Sequence record: MZ475897.1
Length of the DNA stretch: 64,000 nt
Direction: 5' to 3' (one strand)
Shown here: positions 16,664 to 25,797 of the stretch, piece after piece
Layout: each line of letters starts with the position of its first letter
How positions within the stretch are numbered: position 1 is the first letter of the stretch
Program-made: the position numbers and the translations under genes
Notes under the pieces: generated by a model
Told to the model about the DNA's origin: nothing
Databases searched by the model: none
Seen by the model: the letters and a program-made list of their open reading frames with translations, nothing else

Positions 16664-17160
16664 ACTTTGTACGCAGACTTAAAGCAATCGACCAGTTGCC
16701 GTTAATCACTGGTCAGTATTACAATGCGCAAGCCATGGCAGAACAATCAGCATTTGGTTCGTGTGCGTTTCATATAACTGATCGTGTGGAGCTTGACGGC
16801 ATCTCGATGTACATTCGCTTCCGCACTAATCAGCAACGTCTGTGGATGCATCCTGTTTTGATACTCGCATCAATCGACATTGAACATCAGGGCTGCGGTA
16901 TCTTCACTGAACTTCTCGCAGAAGCCCAACGCGTATGTCGTGAGAACAAGTGGGTGCTGCAAATTGAGAACGTGCTTGAGCAACGCTTCCGCCGTTTCCT
17001 GTTTGATCGTTCGTTCGAAACTATCGGCGTCGATAAAGATTGTGCGCACGGTAGCATGTTCTGGTTCTTTGATGAGAAGATCAAAGAGAACGCAACGCAG
17101 TTCCAAGCGATGGAAGAAAACATCCGAGAACGCGCCGCTGCACAGAAGGCAACAACATGA
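16660..17160 (+). CDS. putative GNAT-family acetyltransferase
   Basis: LASIDIEHQGCGIFTELL (motif A) followed by IENVLEQRFRRFLFDRSF. Confidence 0.6.
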   Translation: MNFVRRLKAIDQLPLITGQYYNAQAMAEQSAFGSCAFHITDRVELDGISMYIRFRTNQQRLWMHPVLILASIDIEHQGCGIFTELLAEAQRVCRENKWVLQIENVLEQRFRRFLFDRSFETIGVDKDCAHGSMFWFFDEKIKENATQFQAMEENIRERAAAQKATT

Positions 17161-17624
17161 ACATTCCATGGTACATGATGTTTGTTATCGGCTGTGTGCC
17201 TCTTTTCTTCTGCTACGTGACTATGCCGTGGTTTCGTGCTGCTGTCAAAAGACGGTTGCTGTTTAAACCTCGTGACTACGATTCGGTGCAGGAGATCTTA
17301 GACACAGGCATCCCACCTGAGATCTCTATCGAATGCTTGCAGGCCAGCTATCGCAGCAACATGCCTGCCAAGTATGCACAACACATCGACTTCTATCCGC
17401 ACAAGGAAGGCATCGTGTGTTGTCGCATGAAGTACGACGAGCAATTCCCAATCGCTCGTATATTTAATGGTGTTCTCGTCGCAAACATCGGACTGCTTGC
17501 TCTTCCTAGCAAAAAGATGCCGCGCATCACCATTAACTATTCCACTTATCAAGTCACGGACTTTGATAGTGATAATGAGTACCTGCACATTTATCTTCAA
17601 CATAAGGAAGGCAAGCATGAATAA
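17157..17624 (+). CDS. hypothetical protein with N-terminal membrane anchor
   Basis: Hydrophobic residues 5-26. Confidence 0.75.
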   Translation: MNIPWYMMFVIGCVPLFFCYVTMPWFRAAVKRRLLFKPRDYDSVQEILDTGIPPEISIECLQASYRSNMPAKYAQHIDFYPHKEGIVCCRMKYDEQFPIARIFNGVLVANIGLLALPSKKMPRITINYSTYQVTDFDSDNEYLHIYLQHKEGKHE

Positions 17625-18669
17625 CGAATCTGCAATGATCGACGAAGACGTTCTCGAATGGCTCGAAGACCTGACCCGTCATAAGTTGCTGGACGTGATT
17701 GGCTTAATCAACAATCTGATTTTCGTCCATCGTCCTGTTCTCGATCTGCCGACACTCGGTACGGACGAAGATGTAGCAGCACTGTCGCACGCTGACCTGA
17801 CAACGTTGTTCCGTCTGGTTGCGCCTGAATGCTCTGTTGATACAAACACGCTGAGCAATCTACAACTGCTTGGGCTCATGCTCAATCAGAAAGGCGTTGT
17901 TGTGTTCTCTCTGCCAAACAACAACAGCCCTATTCTAACAGCCCGTACATTCAACGTACCTAATAAGCCGCAACGTTTGAGCCCAGCTTCATCTAAGGGT
18001 GAGATTGCTACTGCTGTTAGCGCGTGGCTATTCGGTTTGTTCCCGCTTGAATTACGCTCTGACCAAAACGACATGCCGCGTGAGAACGGCCTGTACCTTG
18101 CCAAAGACGAGCACGAACAAATTCGTTTCGGGCGTTTGTTCCGTAACGGCGCAGAAGGTGATGGCTGGACTTTCTGCGAAAGCTATTCTGATGCTACAGC
18201 TACTTACTGGCATCACAGCGATTCTCCTGTGGACGACGAACTGCCTATGAGTTTGCTGCATAGCTGGCTGCAAGTCTCTGCAACCACTTCACCAAACGAA
18301 GTGCATAACGAAAACGTCAGTGTGCTGGTAACTGACTCGCAGCGCATCTTTGCTTTCCTGCGCAGTCTGAGCCAACACGTTAAAGCTGAGCTGGTGGCCA
18401 ACTTTGATGGCGTGCTTAACTCGACACATACCAGTGTCGAATCTATCGGGCGTCTGACGCGTGCTGACTGGACAGCCGCTGCCGTAGCAGTAGCAGATGA
18501 TAAAGACATGAAGGACGGACTTGACTCATGGGAAGAGCACAGCGCGTGGGATTGTTTCGTGGCTACGTTGCAAAGTCTACGCTTCAATTTTGATACACGG
18601 GAATTCGACCCGATGTATGACTATGGGAAACACGACAATGAGACCGATATTGATCGAGGAGACGAATAA
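17617..18669 (+). CDS. hypothetical protein
   Basis: ATG after AAGGAAGG; ~350 aa. Confidence 0.8.
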   Translation: MNNESAMIDEDVLEWLEDLTRHKLLDVIGLINNLIFVHRPVLDLPTLGTDEDVAALSHADLTTLFRLVAPECSVDTNTLSNLQLLGLMLNQKGVVVFSLPNNNSPILTARTFNVPNKPQRLSPASSKGEIATAVSAWLFGLFPLELRSDQNDMPRENGLYLAKDEHEQIRFGRLFRNGAEGDGWTFCESYSDATATYWHHSDSPVDDELPMSLLHSWLQVSATTSPNEVHNENVSVLVTDSQRIFAFLRSLSQHVKAELVANFDGVLNSTHTSVESIGRLTRADWTAAAVAVADDKDMKDGLDSWEEHSAWDCFVATLQSLRFNFDTREFDPMYDYGKHDNETDIDRGDE

Positions 18670-18676
18670 ACTAAGG

Positions 18677-18856
18677 ATGGCCTACGCACTGACTGCAATA
18701 TTTCTATCTTGGCTTGAGCTAAGCATTGCAGTTCGGTATCTCGACTATACACAGATTTTTGATGCGCTGATCATTCTGGTTAGCGGTGTGAATCTGGTGA
18801 TTGCTTTTATCTCGTCACTTGATGAGGTAGACCATATCTTTTCGTGGGAAGATTAA
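18677..18856 (+). CDS. small membrane protein
   Basis: Two hydrophobic segments. Confidence 0.6.
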   Translation: MAYALTAIFLSWLELSIAVRYLDYTQIFDALIILVSGVNLVIAFISSLDEVDHIFSWED

Positions 18857-18857
18857 A

Positions 18858-19064
18858 ATGAAAGACATTGTGCTACACACAGCCCTTTTATTGACCATGA
18901 TCGTTGTTAGTTTTTTGACTCTCCACTACATTCGCTTCCTGAGTCTGGGCTACTATATGCTGATCACTATGACAGCATTCGTACTGGCAGTCTATGCGTG
19001 CAAACGTCTCGCATCTGCCGTATCTAAAAATCGTTTTAACAAAGTGAGAATCAATCGTGGCTAA
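18858..19064 (+). CDS. small membrane protein
   Basis: Two hydrophobic segments, basic tail. Confidence 0.65.
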   Translation: MKDIVLHTALLLTMIVVSFLTLHYIRFLSLGYYMLITMTAFVLAVYACKRLASAVSKNRFNKVRINRG

Positions 19065-19602
19065 ATCTTTCGGTGTGTACCTGACGTTCATTCTGCGCCA
19101 TCGCCCGCAAGACATTGGCCTTGCAATGGACACTCAGGGTTGGGTATCAGTTCCTGACTTGCTCGAACGTGCGCAATACAAGAAGCAGCCAATCACGTTA
19201 GAGATGTTGCGTGAAGAAGTTGCTACTGACGGTAAAGGCCGCTTCCAGTTCAACGCTGCCCACTCTCGCATTCGTTGTGTGCAGGGACATTCAGTTGAGC
19301 ATGTGATTCTTAACCTAAAGCCGTACACGAATCACAATGACCCGCTGTATCACGGAACGGCCAGCAAGAACGTTGCGTCTATTCTTGCGCAGGGAATCCT
19401 TCGCGGTAAACGTAAACACGTCCACATCGCAACCAACACCGCTACTGCTAAGCAAGTTGGTCAGCGTCACGGTGAACCTGTTGTGTTTGAGATTGACACG
19501 TATGCCATGATCGTTGCTGGATATAAGTTCGAACAAGCCGAGAACGGTGTGATTCTTACCGAGCACGTCCCATCCCGATATCTAAGGTTGGTAGAGTTAT
19601 GA
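19057..19602 (+). CDS. kptA: RNA 2'-phosphotransferase KptA/Tpt1
   Basis: LRHRP, GW, IRCVQGHS, LYHGT, RKHVH, GQRHG, NGVILTEHVPSRYL. Confidence 0.93.
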   Translation: MAKSFGVYLTFILRHRPQDIGLAMDTQGWVSVPDLLERAQYKKQPITLEMLREEVATDGKGRFQFNAAHSRIRCVQGHSVEHVILNLKPYTNHNDPLYHGTASKNVASILAQGILRGKRKHVHIATNTATAKQVGQRHGEPVVFEIDTYAMIVAGYKFEQAENGVILTEHVPSRYLRLVEL

Positions 19603-20006
19603 CTGAACAACGAATGAGTTATTGCGGTTCACGTTACATCCGTACATCTTCCGGCAAGTGGTATTTGCTTTTCGAACGAGCCGCCTGCTTGTGCATCAAT
19701 CGTCATGGTACCCAATACTGGCGAGCTGGTACTCAGGTGTGGAAAGATGTGTCTCTCTCAACTCGTACCACTTTGGAGAACGAGTTTATCAGTCGTACCC
19801 GCAAAGATTTCAAGGAGTCGAAATCTGCGTACAACAGATGGGGCAAGGTGATTCGCACACTCATTCTAGGTGCAGGCACTAACGAGCATATCCACGATTT
19901 AGCGTCGATTCTTGAGTCACTGAGACAGACGCATATAGGGCGCAAGCAACAGCAACTGCGCACTACATTGGATGAAATAGCTATTCAGTCAAGAACTACC
20001 CTGTGA
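19599..20006 (+). CDS. hypothetical protein
   Basis: ATGA overlap with kptA. Confidence 0.65.
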   Translation: MTEQRMSYCGSRYIRTSSGKWYLLFERAACLCINRHGTQYWRAGTQVWKDVSLSTRTTLENEFISRTRKDFKESKSAYNRWGKVIRTLILGAGTNEHIHDLASILESLRQTHIGRKQQQLRTTLDEIAIQSRTTL

Positions 20007-20012
20007 TATAAT
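19969..20012 (+). promoter_or_regulatory. TGGAC-class promoter (variant TGGATGAAAT)
   Basis: Motif 38 nt upstream of TATAAT with extended -10 TG. Confidence 0.7.
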
Positions 20013-20063
20013 AGCAGCGAACGCTAAACAGTCTCGTTTAGCTACTTACATGAGGATATGTAT

Positions 20064-20165
20064 ATGATTAACAACTACTGCCCGTTTCGCGCTGTGATGT
20101 TCCACGCTTCAATCATCCTTCTCGCCCTTTGTTCAGGCGTTGTTTTAGCTCACGCTCATTTCTGA
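20064..20165 (+). CDS. 33-aa hydrophobic peptide (not in ORF track)
   Basis: GAGGA SD 7 nt before ATG; MINNYCPFRAVMFHASIILLALCSGVVLAHAHF; its stop overlaps the SD of the radical SAM gene. Confidence 0.55.
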   Translation: MINNYCPFRAVMFHASIILLALCSGVVLAHAHF

Positions 20166-20176
20166 GGAAGAAAATC

Positions 20177-21316
20177 ATGATGCGTAACTTCACGGCAATC
20201 CTGCCAGTAACCTGTAATGCCGATTGTTCATTCTGCCCTGAGAAAGAAATGGAGCAGAAAGCTACGAACCGCCAGTGGCTGACTAACCTCATCTCGCAGA
20301 TTAATGACCATGCTGGTGAGTTCGACCACGTTTCAATTTCTGGTGGTGAGCCTACGCTCAAGCCAAAGTTCCTGTTTGAAGTGATCGATGCAATTCGCAC
20401 TCAAACGGATATCGATAAAGTTGGACTCACGTCTAACGGTCGCTTCTTGAATAAGCAAGACAGCATCTTCCAGTTCCTTGATCTGAACACAGACGACATG
20501 CTGGAAAGCAAGCTGTCCCATCTGAATATCAGCCGTCACTCATTCGACGATGCCAAGAACAACGAGATCATGAAAGTGCGTTACACGTACACGCTTGATG
20601 ATCTTGTCAAGTTCCGCCGTCAACTCGGCACGAAGCTGAGCTTCCACATTAACTTCGTTATCAATGAGCACAACATCGATAACATTGAGTGGGAGTTTGC
20701 ACAGGCTAATCGATTCATGATGGAGAACCCGTGGATCGATGTAGTGTTCCGCGTTGACTATGCGAACGAAAAGCTGAATCGTCGTCTGCGTCGTTACGGC
20801 CTGTCTGTGCAAGCGTGGCGTGATGCAACTCGCGGTTCTATTCGTGATGAACGCATAGCGCGTGAGAAGCTGAAAAAGAAACCCAAACTTGTTCAGTTGT
20901 TTGATGGCGTGTTCAGCGGCACAACACAGGACAATGACGGTACATTTACCGATGCATGTCCAAGCTGTTTCGTACATCGCAGCCAGAAGATTCATAACAA
21001 CCACGCGTGGCTCAAAGCATCCTCGTACGAACCGAACGTAGATGAAGAGGAATACACTGAGTATGTGTTCCACATGGACGGTGAACTCTACTACGACTGG
21101 TCGCGTGCTGAACCTGTGCCTGCTGTAGAGAAGAAGCCACGCAAACAAAAAGCCATTCGTCGTGTTCAGAAAGAAGTGGATGAAGATGATATGGATGAAG
21201 ACATGCCTGCATCTTCTCGTATGGGTTGTCAGTATAGAACTGTCGGATGTTCTTACGGTGAATCAGAATCTGCTGGCGGCTGCTCATTTAGAACTACTGG
21301 CAGCTGTAGCTTTTAA
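20177..21316 (+). CDS. radical SAM protein with Cys-rich C-terminal tail
   Basis: CNADCSFC (CxxxCxxC), SISGGEPT, TSNG, NISRH. Confidence 0.9.
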   Translation: MMRNFTAILPVTCNADCSFCPEKEMEQKATNRQWLTNLISQINDHAGEFDHVSISGGEPTLKPKFLFEVIDAIRTQTDIDKVGLTSNGRFLNKQDSIFQFLDLNTDDMLESKLSHLNISRHSFDDAKNNEIMKVRYTYTLDDLVKFRRQLGTKLSFHINFVINEHNIDNIEWEFAQANRFMMENPWIDVVFRVDYANEKLNRRLRRYGLSVQAWRDATRGSIRDERIAREKLKKKPKLVQLFDGVFSGTTQDNDGTFTDACPSCFVHRSQKIHNNHAWLKASSYEPNVDEEEYTEYVFHMDGELYYDWSRAEPVPAVEKKPRKQKAIRRVQKEVDEDDMDEDMPASSRMGCQYRTVGCSYGESESAGGCSFRTTGSCSF

Positions 21317-21329
21317 TTAAGGAAAGATT

Positions 21330-21566
21330 ATGTCAGACCCAAAACCAAAACCAGAAGTAACAAAAGATGATCTCCAACATCTGCTGCACGTAGCAGGTGC
21401 GTATGAAGGCAACGACCGCCATCGCTGGTACGCAATGTTCATCGTGCTCAAACTGAAACGTCAGATGGACGGTCAGAACCTGCCGCGCTCTTGTGCCAAC
21501 ATTACGCATGAGAGCCAAGACTACGAGATCGAAGAGGCTTGCTACAAGCTGGGGTATTTGTCATGA
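21330..21566 (+). CDS. hypothetical protein
   Basis: AAGGA SD. Confidence 0.75.
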   Translation: MSDPKPKPEVTKDDLQHLLHVAGAYEGNDRHRWYAMFIVLKLKRQMDGQNLPRSCANITHESQDYEIEEACYKLGYLS

Positions 21567-21928
21567 AAGAACGCCGTAACTATTACTGGGATAGCCCGTT
21601 CTATTACGGACTGATACTCTGGCGTAAGCGTATGCGCAATGTCGTGCTGTTTCTGATTGCTATCTTAATCTATCATGGCACGCACGCACCTGTCGTTGAG
21701 AACATGTGGATGTGGACAGGCACTATCTTCGGCATTCTCTTTCTCGTCTGCTATATCAAGATGTGGGAATACGAGCGCATGATTCTCGAAGCTATGGGGC
21801 CGCTGAATAATAACTGCGTTATCGGTGCTCTTAACTTTGAGAGTCTTGAGCGCCGCCATGCTGTTTGGTATCGGAAGAAATTTAAATCCGAACCACCTAA
21901 GACTAACACGTATTCGAGGGAAAACTAA
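21563..21928 (+). CDS. membrane protein
   Basis: ATGA overlap; two hydrophobic segments. Confidence 0.7.
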   Translation: MKERRNYYWDSPFYYGLILWRKRMRNVVLFLIAILIYHGTHAPVVENMWMWTGTIFGILFLVCYIKMWEYERMILEAMGPLNNNCVIGALNFESLERRHAVWYRKKFKSEPPKTNTYSREN

Positions 21929-22290
21929 TGCCACGTATGTTCACACAGACTCATCGCAACAAACATAAATTGACCGAAGCTGATGCAGACTATCACGGTG
22001 ATGCCTGCGAAGCTGTCTACCTTGAAGGTATGGAGCTGCTCAAAGAGCTTCACTATCTGAAAGGGCTTCTGCGTGATCGTCACATTGCAGAAAAGCCGAT
22101 GCCCATTCCGCCTGAGTCTAAGCGTTGGTCAAAGTGGATGGCTTGCACGAAAATGTCCCAGCTTGATGTGCGCTCCACTGAACGTCTGCGCAAGCGCTAT
22201 CGTCGTGTCATGGAAGAACTCAAGATCGCCCGCGTGTCTTATACGCTGCTGCATACAGCGCGACATGCACCGGCGGTTGAGGTTAAGTAA
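21928..22290 (+). CDS. hypothetical protein
   Basis: TAATG coupling. Confidence 0.75.
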   Translation: MPRMFTQTHRNKHKLTEADADYHGDACEAVYLEGMELLKELHYLKGLLRDRHIAEKPMPIPPESKRWSKWMACTKMSQLDVRSTERLRKRYRRVMEELKIARVSYTLLHTARHAPAVEVK

Positions 22291-22571
22291 TGCAGTTTAC
22301 TTCTAAAGAAGAAATAGACGAAACGTATGCAATGGTTGTTCATGCCATGCTGGCCGCTCTTGTGCCTGATGATACTCGCACAAAAGACCAACGCGTTCTC
22401 GACTACGTGGCGAAGCACTTAGCGCCCAATAACATTTTTGACAGGGATCTGTTTAGCATTTCATTTGAACATCGGTTCAAGTTTCAAACAACACACAGGA
22501 TGATGCGCAACGCTAAAGTGAGCGGCGCACCTTTTCTATATCTAAAGCAGGCTCATAGCCTAAAGAATTGA
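22290..22571 (+). CDS. hypothetical protein
   Basis: TAATG coupling. Confidence 0.7.
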   Translation: MQFTSKEEIDETYAMVVHAMLAALVPDDTRTKDQRVLDYVAKHLAPNNIFDRDLFSISFEHRFKFQTTHRMMRNAKVSGAPFLYLKQAHSLKN

Positions 22572-22581
22572 GGTTAGTATC

Positions 22582-22845
22582 ATGGCAGTAGGTTTCGCCA
22601 AAGATGATGACGTGTCCAACACCGTCGAAACAAACGTGCTGAATGAAATCGACCGCGCTCGTTCTGAGTTGCGTGGCGCTGGTAGTTCGCACTGTATCAA
22701 CCCTGATTGTGGTGCAGAGATTCCACTCATGCGCCGCGTAGCAATGCCGAACGCTCGCTACTGCGTTAGCTGTCAAGCACACCATGATGGTACGCCTGCT
22801 GTTGGCTACAATCGTCGTGGCTCTAAAGATTCACAACTGAGGTAG
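22582..22845 (+). CDS. DksA/TraR family C4 zinc-finger protein
   Basis: HCINPDCGAEIPLMRRVAMPNARYCVSCQ; N-terminal FAKDDDV; YbiI/P2-Orf82-like length. Confidence 0.88.
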   Translation: MAVGFAKDDDVSNTVETNVLNEIDRARSELRGAGSSHCINPDCGAEIPLMRRVAMPNARYCVSCQAHHDGTPAVGYNRRGSKDSQLR

Positions 22846-22850
22846 AAACT

Positions 22851-23159
22851 ATGCTAAGTAAACTTTGGGCTGCCTTAGGCATAACTTATCCGTCAGTCGA
22901 TAGCGCTCTACTCAAAGACGCAAAGTGTGTGCGTATCGGTCAGGACGGCTACTGCATTCGTTCTGCCTCCGGTTTTGCAGAAGCACTTACCCATCATATG
23001 TCCAGAGACTATGTTACTTTGGCCTCTGATACTGAGGCGCGAAAGAAGATTGTCGACCGAGCACAGTCTTTGACCTACCCATGCGTTGTTTGGTTCACTG
23101 GTCATGATTTTAATACTATGTCGGTGGACGATCCAAACATGGCCTACCCGGTACAATAG
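22851..23159 (+). CDS. hypothetical protein
   Basis: GAGG SD. Confidence 0.7.
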   Translation: MLSKLWAALGITYPSVDSALLKDAKCVRIGQDGYCIRSASGFAEALTHHMSRDYVTLASDTEARKKIVDRAQSLTYPCVVWFTGHDFNTMSVDDPNMAYPVQ

Positions 23160-23178
23160 AAAGCACGTGGAGAATAAA

Positions 23179-23319
23179 ATGTCCGAACCAGACAGAGAGA
23201 ATGAAACACCTTGTGTGCGATGCACCAAGCCCACACCTGTTGTTGACTTGGGCGGTCCGTACGGTGATTTGTGTGATGACTGCGTAACGCTGATGCGTGA
23301 AGAACAGGAGGAAGAATGA
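23179..23319 (+). CDS. small CxxC...CxxC protein
   Basis: CVRC...CDDC; GGAG SD. Confidence 0.6.
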   Translation: MSEPDRENETPCVRCTKPTPVVDLGGPYGDLCDDCVTLMREEQEEE

Positions 23320-23498
23320 AACTGTCCGAATCTGAGTTAGAGTCTTTGCGTTTCCGTATGCGTCTGCGTGAGCAACCCAAGCCAATGCCTGACACACACA
23401 AAATGCCAGACAAGAAGTTTGACAGTCATACGCTGGACAAGTCCACTGATATGACGCTCGGCGATGTTCGCCACCACTTCCCTCCAAAAGGAAATTGA
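23316..23498 (+). CDS. hypothetical protein
   Basis: ATGA overlap. Confidence 0.6.
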   Translation: MKLSESELESLRFRMRLREQPKPMPDTHKMPDKKFDSHTLDKSTDMTLGDVRHHFPPKGN

Positions 23499-23499
23499 A

Positions 23500-23832
23500 A
23501 TGGAAGAGATTCTTGATGTTGACAGCAAGATGTACGCTGTTTATGACGGTCACGTTGTTACCAACTATCATCATGAAGGTAGCGGCGTGATGTACATCGA
23601 AGACAGCTTCTGGTTGAGTTTGAATCTGCGCGACGATCTTTTCCCTGCGCCAGCAACTCGTTTGGCGCACTACAAAAACGTACACACGCGTTCCATTGAT
23701 CGCGTTCACGTTAGCACCATTCAAGATATACGCGAATCCTTGTATAAGGTTCGTCACTATATTCGTTGGTTCGAGTATATCTCCGAAGATAAGCTGCAAG
23801 GTTTGCAGCACCTGTTCCGCGAACCTGATTAA
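23500..23832 (+). CDS. hypothetical protein
   Basis: AAGGA SD. Confidence 0.7.
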   Translation: MEEILDVDSKMYAVYDGHVVTNYHHEGSGVMYIEDSFWLSLNLRDDLFPAPATRLAHYKNVHTRSIDRVHVSTIQDIRESLYKVRHYIRWFEYISEDKLQGLQHLFREPD

Positions 23833-23929
23833 AGGTAACGCTCATGTGTTTGCTAGTCAATTTCCTCAAGGACGAGGGTACGATGCGTATCTGTAAACGT
23901 ATACAACAACCCAACTAAAGGTAGCGATC

Positions 23930-24295
23930 ATGATTTCTCGAATCAGTAATCTCCTCTTTGCCGAATCAATGTCCGTTGAGCAGTTAGCGCAGGCATTGCG
24001 TATTCAAAACTTCAACGCGACTGTTCGTGGTGAGTTCAAGTTGGTTGCTGGCACTAACTCCAGTGGCTATATCACTTCTGCACTGTCAAGTCCTGTCGAA
24101 GTGCTGCGCGACCTGAAAGGCGTTCAGACTTTGAAAGATGCAGGCTTCTCTGACCCTGACATTGCACTCGCTCTCGGCATCGACCGTTTGCGTCTCAAGA
24201 AAGTTTATAACGAGGCACGCAAGAGCAAAAAGAAGCCTGTTGAGCCGGCTCCAGTGCAGCGTACCTCTAAAGCAATTTCACTCGACGATCTGTAA
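23930..24295 (+). CDS. hypothetical protein with possible HTH
   Basis: LKDAGFSDPDIALALGIDRLRLKKVY resembles a helix-turn-helix. Confidence 0.6.
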   Translation: MISRISNLLFAESMSVEQLAQALRIQNFNATVRGEFKLVAGTNSSGYITSALSSPVEVLRDLKGVQTLKDAGFSDPDIALALGIDRLRLKKVYNEARKSKKKPVEPAPVQRTSKAISLDDL

Positions 24296-24305
24296 GGAAA
24301 CAATC

Positions 24306-25010
24306 ATGACAAGTAAATTTGAAAAGTCGGATGCATCTACTCGACGCGCCGAACTGCTGGTACTGATGTGTGAGATCTACACGTCATTGCGTGACCAGTC
24401 ATTGTCTGAGTCAGAGACAAAAGCCTTTGCGCTGTTCAAAGACATTATGGATTTGGCTGACGTGCGTACAGTCGATGCCGTGTTCTCTGAAATCGAACAC
24501 GAACTGGACCCTAAAGTTGAAGGTCTGCTGAATTATGTCCACAGAACGTTTATGCTGCATGACACTCTGTGCAAAGCTGAGGCAGAAGCCGCAGCAAAAC
24601 TCAAAGCCGAGGAGGCGCGTGAGCATGTACGCAAACACACGTACAAACCTCCTGTGGAAAAGCTCATTAGTAAAGAGCAGATTACCGAACTGTGTGCAGG
24701 CTTGACTGCATACGTTGAGCGCGAAGACGTTCGACCTAAAGTCAACGTCGATCTTATCGATGATATCCTCGAATCATTGGATAAGAACTACACGTTCATC
24801 GACACGCTCGATCTGTCCAATCACCTTGAAGGTGAAGATCTGAAAACTGCCGTCAAGCTGATTGAAGATGCAGTGACCGAGAGCCACCAACCACTGAAAG
24901 AAGTCATGGACACTATCTGGTGCCACATGGCTAAACGCGATTTGCCTGCTGTTGACTTCTTTGACCAATACGGCAATGCCGAAGATGAGAACTATGCACT
25001 TGCACCTTAA
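24306..25010 (+). CDS. hypothetical protein
   Basis: AAGGA SD. Confidence 0.8.
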   Translation: MTSKFEKSDASTRRAELLVLMCEIYTSLRDQSLSESETKAFALFKDIMDLADVRTVDAVFSEIEHELDPKVEGLLNYVHRTFMLHDTLCKAEAEAAAKLKAEEAREHVRKHTYKPPVEKLISKEQITELCAGLTAYVEREDVRPKVNVDLIDDILESLDKNYTFIDTLDLSNHLEGEDLKTAVKLIEDAVTESHQPLKEVMDTIWCHMAKRDLPAVDFFDQYGNAEDENYALAP

Positions 25011-25191
25011 ACGTTACTGGCGGGCACTCATTGTGTTGCTCGTCGTTTTCATCATTAGTTGTTTGCTGCCCATTCTTGAAGTGCGCAACCCAACACTGAC
25101 TCTTATAGTGGTCGTGATTGTTGCCTGCTACTTCATTGCAGTCTGGGCATACAAACCTGTTAAAGCAATTAAGGAAGAGTTGGATGACTAG
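24994..25191 (+). CDS. small membrane protein
   Basis: Two hydrophobic helices. Confidence 0.65.
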   Translation: MHLHLKRYWRALIVLLVVFIISCLLPILEVRNPTLTLIVVVIVACYFIAVWAYKPVKAIKEELDD

Positions 25192-25741
25192 TCGTAAGAA
25201 CGAAGTCAAGTTGACTGATGCTGAGATAGCAGCAGGTGCACGGCAGATACTTGAGATGCTGGTTAGTATGCGTCTTAGTGCGCATCATCAGGATGTCGGC
25301 TATGAAACGCTGTACACCGATTCTTTGGGTGAGACGCAAGGCGGTTGGTATGTTGCATTCGATAGCTTGAGCCGTACTCGACTCAAAGAATCCAAAGCTG
25401 TGTCGTGGCGCAACGTCGGCATGGTCTCCGGCGATTCGCTTGAAGACGTTCTCACAACGCTACGAACGCTCCGCCGTGATATGTCCAATCGCGTACATGC
25501 GCCCACACCAGAAGAGCGTGAGCGTGTACTCAACTTGCGTGATAGCAACATACGCAACGCACTGACTAAGTTCCACAAGGGTGAGTCGCTGTCTGACGGT
25601 GAACTCAACCTGAGCATTAAGCATTTTCAGTCATTAGAGAATGCGCTTCGCGTAGATGAGTTGTTGCAACTTGCAGCACCCTACATTACTCAGAATCTTA
25701 ACGTGCTCTTAGGATATAAAGAAGCACGCCGTCGCAAATAA
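25184..25741 (+). CDS. hypothetical protein
   Basis: ATG overlapping the previous gene end. Confidence 0.75.
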   Translation: MTSRKNEVKLTDAEIAAGARQILEMLVSMRLSAHHQDVGYETLYTDSLGETQGGWYVAFDSLSRTRLKESKAVSWRNVGMVSGDSLEDVLTTLRTLRRDMSNRVHAPTPEERERVLNLRDSNIRNALTKFHKGESLSDGELNLSIKHFQSLENALRVDELLQLAAPYITQNLNVLLGYKEARRRK

Positions 25742-25746
25742 CAATC

Positions 25747-25777
25747 GGGAGATCCCTAACAAGGGGTTTCCCTTTTT
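25747..25777 (+). terminator. intrinsic terminator
   Basis: GGGAGATCCC-TAACAA-GGGGTTTCCC-TTTTT. Confidence 0.7.
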
Positions 25778-25797
25778 GCATTTCTGGAGCAAATTTT

